From: Nitrosospira multiformis ATCC 25196 | GTDB taxonomy: Bacteria; Pseudomonadota; Gammaproteobacteria; Burkholderiales; Nitrosomonadaceae | Direction of reading: 5' to 3' | Length of the DNA stretch: 32,000 nt | Assembly: GCF_000196355.1 (NCBI RefSeq) | Contig: NC_007614.1 | Coordinates: 270,001 to 302,000 of the forward strand | In this document: piece by piece, positions 26,480 through 32,000 of the stretch | Numbering within the stretch: position 1 is the stretch's first letter | Layout: each line of letters begins with the position of its first letter | Position numbers and translations under genes: made by a program | Notes under the pieces: model-generated | What the model saw: only the letters and a program-made list of their open reading frames with translations | What the model was told of the DNA's origin: nothing | The model's database searches: none

Positions 26480-26882
26480 ATTTACTCCGCGCTGTTTATT
26501 TTTGAGGAGACGTCATTGCTGCAATCCCTGAGTATCAAGATGAAGTTTTCAAAATGAACCGGAGGTGCGAAGGCAAATGAAAATAGGATAAGGGCTGCGA
26601 GACGGCGCACTTCATCTTTCCGAAGATGACAACCCGCGGTGGTAGTGCAAGCGTTTATAAAGCGCTGCTCCTTCAGCATAGGCTGGCTGGACAGCGATAC
26701 AAATTCCCTTCCTGTCACTGTTTTTGCTGCTTCCGCCGGTAATTTTGCCGTCCTGGATAAAAATCCGCTAATGGTACTACAAGTCGCGGGACGTTACTTC
26801 CCGAAGGTAAAAATCACTTTACTTTTCAATGGATTTTCTTGTAACCTTCGAACGTCTTGTCTTTTATCAGGGAAACAATAAC

Positions 26883-28358
26883 ATGAAAAAACTGAAGGAA
26901 TTCAGGAAGCTGAAGTCGGGGGAGGATTCAGCGGGCTCGAGCAATGTTCGCCCGGCTGGTCCGATTCTTCCTGTTTTATTCGTCGCCGCTTCTTTCCCGG
27001 TTTGTATGGGACAAGTAAACGCCGAAACCTCGTTCGAACGGTTATCGTCCTTGCTGGCAGGAACGCCGCAAGGCGGGTGGGTCAAGGCGAGCACCAACTT
27101 ATTTTCCGATGCATGGGCAACGGGAGCAGATGCAGCTCCTGGCCCGACGAGCGCGGTTGTTCGTGCATGGAGTTCATTTGCCTGGGATTCCGCTCGCGGA
27201 GATCTGCTGTTATGGGGCGGCGGCCACGGGAATTACGTGGGCAACGAAATGTATGTGTGGGACGGCGCTACGGGGAGTTGGGGCCGAGGTTCCTTAGCCA
27301 GCAGAATAGATTCGAAGGGTTTTATTGTCGACAATGCTGCGCCTCAATCCGCCCATACCTATGACAATAATGTCTATCTTCCGGCAAATGATATGTTCCT
27401 TACATTCGGGGGGGCTGCAGCGCCAGGCGGCGGCGCGTTCCTCCAAACGGATGGAACTAATGTGAGCGTGGCGGGACCTTTTATGTGGGATCCAAGAAAG
27501 GCTGATCCGAACAAGGTGGGGGGTACTACCGGCTCGGGCTGGAATACGACCCATATAGCGCAAGGGGGCAATATGTGGCTCGACCGACACGTATCGACGG
27601 CGACCCATATTGACGGTACAACGGCTTATCGCATGGAAAACGGTAAAGACGTCGTTTATGTCACAGCGGATATGGCAGCCTCGGGTTTTCCTTCGCTTTA
27701 CCGCTATACGGCGGGGGACGTGAGGAGTGGCGGCCAGGATACCTGGGAAAGAGTTGGCCGCTCATGGAACACGGTGGGGTACCAGGGCGCTGGAACAATT
27801 GATACAGACCACAATCTCTACATCCGAACCGCCAGCCCGCGGCCCAGCTATGCGTCCGATCTGACAATATGGGATCTGGACAATGCCAATCCCGATCACA
27901 ACTGGGATATCGGAATAAACCTGGTAAAGGCGGATGGCAGCGACTTTGTGATGACGCCGTATTTCGGTATCGATTATGATTCTGCCAACAACTCGATCGT
28001 GCTTTGGGATGGCCGCGACGGCGGAGGAACAGTCTGGTCAGCCAATGTCCTTACAGATGCCGATGGCAACATTGGTTCCCATACTACCTGGGTGGTTCAT
28101 GAGATAGAAAGCGCTACCGGGGATCATCCTCTCGGCAATCATGAGACGGGAGTTCTTGGCAAATGGAAATATGATCCCACGCTTGGGGCATTCATAGCGC
28201 TCGATGAGGCCGCAAAAACGGCCGATGGCAAGTGGGATGCCGCTGTGTGGTTATACAAACCGGTTGCGGGGCCCGTTCCTGAACCTCAGGCATACGCACT
28301 CTTACTTGCAGGACTCGGACTTATTGGGTGGGCTGTCCGTGGTCGGCGCGCAGGTTGA
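26883..28358 (+). CDS. PEP-CTERM protein with a Kelch/galactose-oxidase-like beta-propeller domain
   Basis: ATG 26883 with an AGGGAAA Shine-Dalgarno. Signal peptide ...PILPVLFVAASFPVCMGQVNA. Kelch-like blades (DLLLWGGGHGNYVGNEMYVWDGATGSW; NSIVLWDGRDGGGTVWS). C-terminus VPEPQAYALLLAGLGLIGWAVRGRRAG. Confidence 0.8.
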   Translation: MKKLKEFRKLKSGEDSAGSSNVRPAGPILPVLFVAASFPVCMGQVNAETSFERLSSLLAGTPQGGWVKASTNLFSDAWATGADAAPGPTSAVVRAWSSFAWDSARGDLLLWGGGHGNYVGNEMYVWDGATGSWGRGSLASRIDSKGFIVDNAAPQSAHTYDNNVYLPANDMFLTFGGAAAPGGGAFLQTDGTNVSVAGPFMWDPRKADPNKVGGTTGSGWNTTHIAQGGNMWLDRHVSTATHIDGTTAYRMENGKDVVYVTADMAASGFPSLYRYTAGDVRSGGQDTWERVGRSWNTVGYQGAGTIDTDHNLYIRTASPRPSYASDLTIWDLDNANPDHNWDIGINLVKADGSDFVMTPYFGIDYDSANNSIVLWDGRDGGGTVWSANVLTDADGNIGSHTTWVVHEIESATGDHPLGNHETGVLGKWKYDPTLGAFIALDEAAKTADGKWDAAVWLYKPVAGPVPEPQAYALLLAGLGLIGWAVRGRRAG

Positions 28359-28650
28359 CTGCTGGCATGGCGACAAACAACTACGGATAACGAGTTTTCT
28401 CTCCGCACCAGGAACCGCAGTATTTCGAATTCTGGATCCTTCCCCAACTATTCATGGATCATAGGGAAAGAGCATTGGATGGAGCGCTCGCGCCAGCAGT
28501 TCCTGGAAATGATGCCCGTCTTTCATGGGCGACTTCGAGGATTAAAGGGCATGCCATTTTCACTTATCCAGGGAAGAGCAGGAAGCCGGGAAGGCTTACT
28601 GGCAGGGATACTAATAATTAACTGATCTTCGGGCGTTAGCCCCCGAAACG

Positions 28651-28711
28651 AACGAAGGCATTCCCCGGTTATTGCGCGCCCGGGGAACTCCGGCCCAGGA
28701 ACTTCGTTTTT
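28651..28711 (+). terminator. Nested GC-rich stem-loop followed by a T5 run (terminator-like or structured RNA element)
   Basis: An outer stem AACGAAG (28651-57) / CTTCGTT (28702-08) encloses TTCCCCGG (28661-68) / CCGGGGAA (28680-87), followed by TTTTT ending at 28711. A further hairpin TTCGGG/CCCGAA sits at 28628-28647. Confidence 0.3.
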
Positions 28712-28880
28712 ACTGATTGCCTATGGATGATTGTGGATGATCCGCGTTGATAGCACTTGCAATGGAGTTTCCCACACAATCCTGAGAACCTTCAACCAGC
28801 CAAAGCCTCATAACTCCCCGCCCTTTTTGCACCAGAACCGCCCACCCAGTTAAGGAATTGTCTCTTTCCGTGGATACTCT

Positions 28881-30002
28881 ATGGCAACTTTAAAAGTTGT
28901 AGTGATTTTGCCGACCTACAACGAGCGGGATAACATTGGCATCATGATTGATGCGCTAGAGGTTCAGGCTCGGGAGTTTCTTCATGATATGCACCTCCTT
29001 GTGGTGGATGACGATTCGCCCGACGGCACGGCGGAAGTGGTTCGGGCCAAGCAGACGGTATATCCGAATGTGCATTTGCTGAGGGGAAAGAAGGCAGGGT
29101 TGGGCGCCGCCTATATCCGCGGTATGATTCATGCCATGGATGAGCTTCATGCCGATGTCGTATTCGAGATGGATGCTGATTTTTCGCATAAACCCGAAGA
29201 TGTACCTCGGCTTATGGCGGCACTCGATGGAGGCGCGGATTTTGTGATTGGCAGCCGTTATGTGAAGGGCGGCTCCATTCCCCAGGAATGGGGGTTTCTA
29301 CGCCGCATGAATTCCCTGGGCGGTAATATCGTTGCACGCTACGTTGCCGGAATGTACAGAATTCGAGACTGCACAGCCGGTTTCAGGGCGATCAAAACGA
29401 ATCTCCTCAGAAAAATCATTTTTGATGATCTTCGTGTTCAGGGATACGCTTTCCAGGTTGCACTGCTGCACAAGGCCGTATCTCTCGGTGCAGTCATAAA
29501 AGAAGTTCCCGTCGACTTCGTAGATCGTGCCAAGGGTGAGTCGAAGCTCGGAATTTCCGACATCATCGAGTTTATCCTGAACGCCTGGTGGATACGTCTC
29601 CACAGCTCAAAGACTTTTATCAAGTTCGCCATAGTAGGACTGTCCGGCGTTATTGTGAATCTTGGCGTGTTTACACTGCTTCTCCAGGCAAATGTAAATA
29701 AATATCTCGCTTCTCCTATCTCAATCGAAATATCGATTATCACGAACTTTCTGTTGAATAACTACTGGACCTTTCGCTGGCGCACGTCTCAAGATCACAT
29801 CCGTGTCAAGGGTCTGAAGTTCAACATGGTTTCTCTCGTATCTCTGGGGGTGAGTTATTCCACTTTTGTAGTGCTATCCGTTCTGTTTCCTGATGTCTCT
29901 CCGGAGATTCACCAGCTTGTCGGTATTGCACCCGCCATGTTCATAAATTACTTTCTGAATTCTTATTGGACGTTCAAAAATACTCCTGCACCCAAGGATT
30001 GA
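28881..30002 (+). CDS. Polyprenol-phosphate mannosyl/glycosyltransferase (Dpm1/Ppm1-type GT2) fused to a C-terminal GtrA-like membrane domain
   Basis: VVILPTYNERDNI, VVDDDSPDGT, EMDADFSHKPED, GSRYVKGG and DCTAGFR are typical of the DPM1/Ppm1 family. The C-terminal ~130 aa has four hydrophobic helices with NNYWTFR and NSYWTFK (GtrA family). Confidence 0.85.
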   Translation: MATLKVVVILPTYNERDNIGIMIDALEVQAREFLHDMHLLVVDDDSPDGTAEVVRAKQTVYPNVHLLRGKKAGLGAAYIRGMIHAMDELHADVVFEMDADFSHKPEDVPRLMAALDGGADFVIGSRYVKGGSIPQEWGFLRRMNSLGGNIVARYVAGMYRIRDCTAGFRAIKTNLLRKIIFDDLRVQGYAFQVALLHKAVSLGAVIKEVPVDFVDRAKGESKLGISDIIEFILNAWWIRLHSSKTFIKFAIVGLSGVIVNLGVFTLLLQANVNKYLASPISIEISIITNFLLNNYWTFRWRTSQDHIRVKGLKFNMVSLVSLGVSYSTFVVLSVLFPDVSPEIHQLVGIAPAMFINYFLNSYWTFKNTPAPKD

Positions 30003-30167
30003 GTAAACAGGAAGGGGTACCATTTCACCGCCGCTTGCAATTGTTTTCGGCTCTTTACTCAGGAGGACGTCATTAAGCTGAACGCAACCCGACCGGCTTT
30101 GCACCGATTTGTCGACATATCGGGTTTATCCTGGTTAAAAGTAGGCTAATTATCTGAATCTCCCGTT

Positions 30168-31526
30168 TTGAACACACTTCCAGATCCAGAAAGTAACATT
30201 GAGGGCATCCATCGCTTTCGACGCCGCCACAGAATTGCCGCTCCCTTGTTTCAGCTCCTCGATTCGCATGTTTTCCTGCCGGCGTGTTTCATACTTTTCG
30301 TGGCATTGCGCGTAGCCCTGATTTTCTTTGTGCCCGTTGAGATGACTTCCGATGCAAGCTGGTACTTCAACAGAGCGGTTGGCATAGCGAGCGGCGGCGG
30401 CTATTCGGAAGCGGGGTATCCGACAGCCTATTGGCCGGTTGGCTATCCCGGCTTTCTTGGTATCCTTTTCTATCTTTTCGGTCGGGATCAATTGGTAGGG
30501 CAGATAGCTAATTTGGTTATGGCAGCCCTCAGTTTTTTTCTGCAACTGGAGCTGACACGAAGAATTTTCCGGAGCGAAGCCGCTGCCCGCTTGGGCGTCC
30601 TCCTGCTTACCCTATATCCGAATCATGTAGCTTATACGTCTTTTATCTTAACCGAGGTTTACTTTACCTTTTTACTGCTTCTTGGCGTATACCTCTACAT
30701 CACAAGGAGCCGATGGTTATGGATATGGGTTTGCGGCATTGTCTTCGGGCTGGCCGCGCTGACCAAACCGCAAGCAGTGTTCTTGCCTGGTCTGCTGGTG
30801 CTTTTTCACGTATTCAGCGCCGAGAGAAAGGATAGGCTGAGGCAGCACCTCATCAAGGGATTTGCAATCTATCTTGCTATGGCTATGGTGCTGGTCCCCT
30901 GGGCGGTGCGGAACACGATGATTTTCGGGGAGCTCGTCCTGATTTCCACTAACGGAGGGGCAACGCTCCTGACCGGAAATCATCCCACAGCCAGCGGAGG
31001 CTATGAGGAAAACGATCCGCTGGTGGCCCAGCGCAATTTCTCGGTTCAGGATCAGGTGGAATCTGACCGGCGCGCAAAGAAGCTGGCAACCGATTGGATA
31101 AGGGAAAACCCCGTGCGGTTTGTAGAGCTTATCCCTCTGAAGATATGGCATCTGTGGTCCAGAAATGGCGAAGCGGAGTGGGCCTATCAGGCGGGGTACC
31201 GGTACTATGAGCAGTATAGCGGCGCGTTCCGAACCATGAGGTGGATAAATCAGATCTTTTATGCTCTGCTGCTTGTGGGCTCGTTCGCGGCAGCTTTCCT
31301 GTTGATAAGGCATCCCGATAAAGTCGCTTGGCCGTGGGTGCTCGTGGGATACTGCCTGATGATTTACCTGACCTTGATATCGGTGGTCTTTTCCGGGCAA
31401 CCCAGGTTTCATTTTCCGGCCATGCCATGGGCCATCATGTATGCAGCGTGGGCAGCCGTGATGATCACGGTGAATCAGACCCGGGAACGGTATGACGCCT
31501 ACGTCTCCAGAACATCGGATTTCTAG
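30168..31526 (+). CDS. GT-C fold membrane glycosyltransferase (GT39 / ArnT / PMT_2-like)
   Basis: At least 9 predicted hydrophobic helices. The first periplasmic loop SDASWYFNRA carries the acidic motif typical of PMT/ArnT-type enzymes. YPTAYWPVGYPGFLG is also present. Start uncertain: TTG 30168 or TTG 30246, neither with a good Shine-Dalgarno; ATG 30342 would delete TM1. Confidence 0.8.
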   Translation: MNTLPDPESNIEGIHRFRRRHRIAAPLFQLLDSHVFLPACFILFVALRVALIFFVPVEMTSDASWYFNRAVGIASGGGYSEAGYPTAYWPVGYPGFLGILFYLFGRDQLVGQIANLVMAALSFFLQLELTRRIFRSEAAARLGVLLLTLYPNHVAYTSFILTEVYFTFLLLLGVYLYITRSRWLWIWVCGIVFGLAALTKPQAVFLPGLLVLFHVFSAERKDRLRQHLIKGFAIYLAMAMVLVPWAVRNTMIFGELVLISTNGGATLLTGNHPTASGGYEENDPLVAQRNFSVQDQVESDRRAKKLATDWIRENPVRFVELIPLKIWHLWSRNGEAEWAYQAGYRYYEQYSGAFRTMRWINQIFYALLLVGSFAAAFLLIRHPDKVAWPWVLVGYCLMIYLTLISVVFSGQPRFHFPAMPWAIMYAAWAAVMITVNQTRERYDAYVSRTSDF

Positions 31527-31732
31527 AGCTGCAACCGTTTCCAGACGAACAGGCACGTGCTTGACGGATGCGCTCCGTCCGGTAAAGAGGCGGATAATTC
31601 CGATCTTTCCAGGTCTTCCCATTGCAATACGTCTTCACCTGGAAAAGTAAATTAAATCATCTCCACTTGAAGCTGTAATTAAGTAGAATTTGACCCGGGG
31701 CACCAGAAGATGAAGGAATCGGATCTGATCAT

Positions 31733-32000
31733 ATGCCATTGGAAATCAGCATTGTCTCCACCATGTACCGGTCGCGGCCGTTTCTTGACCGGTTCCTTGC
31801 CGAATCCCTGCAAGCCTTGTCTGCGATCAAGTGTGACCATTTTGAGATATTGCTCGTCAATGATGGCTCGCCGGATGAGTCCCTGGCTTACGCGCTCGAA
31901 CGCCGGAGAGACATCCCGCAACTCGTGGTGGTTGATCTTGCGCGGAACTTTGGGCATCACGCTGCTATACAGGCTGGATTACGGCATGCACGGGGAAATC
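31733..32000 (+). CDS. Glycosyltransferase family 2 (polyprenyl-phosphate sugar synthase-like), 3' end outside the window
   Basis: Absent from the ORF track because no stop codon is reached. My own translation from ATG 31733 is MPLEISIVSTMYRSRPFLDRFLAESLQALSAIKCDHFEILLVNDGSPDESLAYALERRRDIPQLVVVDLARNFGHHAAIQAGLRHARGN. It contains the classic GT2 motifs (IVSTMYRS, NDGSPD, RNFGHH). Confidence 0.75.
   Translation, partial: MPLEISIVSTMYRSRPFLDRFLAESLQALSAIKCDHFEILLVNDGSPDESLAYALERRRDIPQLVVVDLARNFGHHAAIQAGLRHARGN

Noticed and set aside
26754-26769. A sigma-54-like element, TGGATAAAAATCCGCT, with correct GG-N10-GC spacing, about 115 nt upstream of the Kelch-like PEP-CTERM gene. It is attractive because exosortase systems include a sigma-54-type activator (PrsR).
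   Set aside because: Only the GG/GC core and the flanking T match the TGGCAC-N5-TTGCW consensus. Matches of this quality occur by chance. A similar candidate upstream of 13912 (TGGCTACTTCCATGTA) lacks the GC and sits too close to the Shine-Dalgarno.
28454-28621. A 55-codon ORF (MDHRERALDGALAPAVPGNDARLSW...) ending just before the hairpin cluster. It is below the ORF-track size cutoff.
   Set aside because: It has no Shine-Dalgarno sequence, an Arg-rich composition and no motif. I kept the region as a structured-spacer observation instead.
30717-31622. A 301-codon ORF on the minus strand, the longest unassigned ORF in the track.
   Set aside because: It is fully antisense to the GT-C gene. Its translation is R/P/H/G-rich with no domain-like pattern. 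The plus-strand frame encodes a coherent polytopic membrane protein with GT39/ArnT-type motifs. This is a typical shadow ORF.
31679-31960. A 93-codon minus-strand ORF at the right edge.
   Set aside because: It is antisense to the plus-strand GT2 reading frame that starts at 31733 and carries clear GT2 motifs.
1-32000. I looked for CRISPR arrays, rRNA genes, intact IS elements or transposases, toxin-antitoxin pairs and defence-system signatures.
   Set aside because: I saw no regularly spaced repeats, no transposase-like ORFs and no terminal inverted repeats. The only mobile-element trace is the integrase stub at 14691-15067.

Overview
The window looks like a bacterial exopolysaccharide / cell-surface glycan locus, proteobacterial in style and mostly about 50% GC, from an organism that uses the PEP-CTERM/exosortase (XrtA/EpsH-type) sorting system. 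All calls rest on motif recognition by eye; no database search was run.

I support about 30 protein genes, one tRNA-Val(GAC) and one decayed tyrosine-integrase pseudogene.

- **1-14.5 kb (+):** a heparinase II/III-like lyase that enters from the left edge; a SAM methyltransferase inside a low-GC insert; a GT4 glycosyltransferase; an FkbM methyltransferase; a DUF354 protein; a Gfo/Idh/MocA oxidoreductase; an unknown 288-aa protein; a secreted lyase-fold PEP-CTERM protein; wecB; galE; manC; and an FxDxF-type PEP-CTERM protein.
- **14.7-15.2 kb:** an integrase stub with several frameshifts, ending 45 bp from the 3' end of tRNA-Val(GAC), which lies on the minus strand.
- **15.3-23.6 kb (+):** an rluF-like pseudouridine synthase; rfbB-rfbD-rfbA-rfbC with overlapping stop/start codons; a membrane desaturase-family gene; and a TviB/TviC-like pair that would make UDP-GalNAcA. 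One weak orphan ORF sits on the minus strand.
- **23.6-26.5 kb (-):** acyl carrier protein, then 'hydrolase 2', then 'hydrolase 1' (the exosortase-A-associated families), then a small TPR protein.
- **26.9-32 kb (+):** a Kelch-like PEP-CTERM protein; a Dpm1/Ppm1-type GT2 fused to a GtrA domain; a GT-C (GT39/ArnT-like) membrane transferase; and a second GT2 that runs off the right edge and is absent from the ORF track.

I saw no exosortase, Wzx/Wzy/Wza/Wzc genes, CRISPR array or intact IS element.

The most interesting points are:
- The ACP plus two-hydrolase module: one hydrolase has Cys and the other Arg at the nucleophile-elbow position.
- A complete lipid-phosphate-sugar periplasmic glycosylation gene set next to a PEP-CTERM cargo gene.
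- The integrase/tRNA scar at the edge of the EPS block.
- An in-frame duplicated, half-decayed PEP-CTERM signal inside the lyase-like cargo gene.
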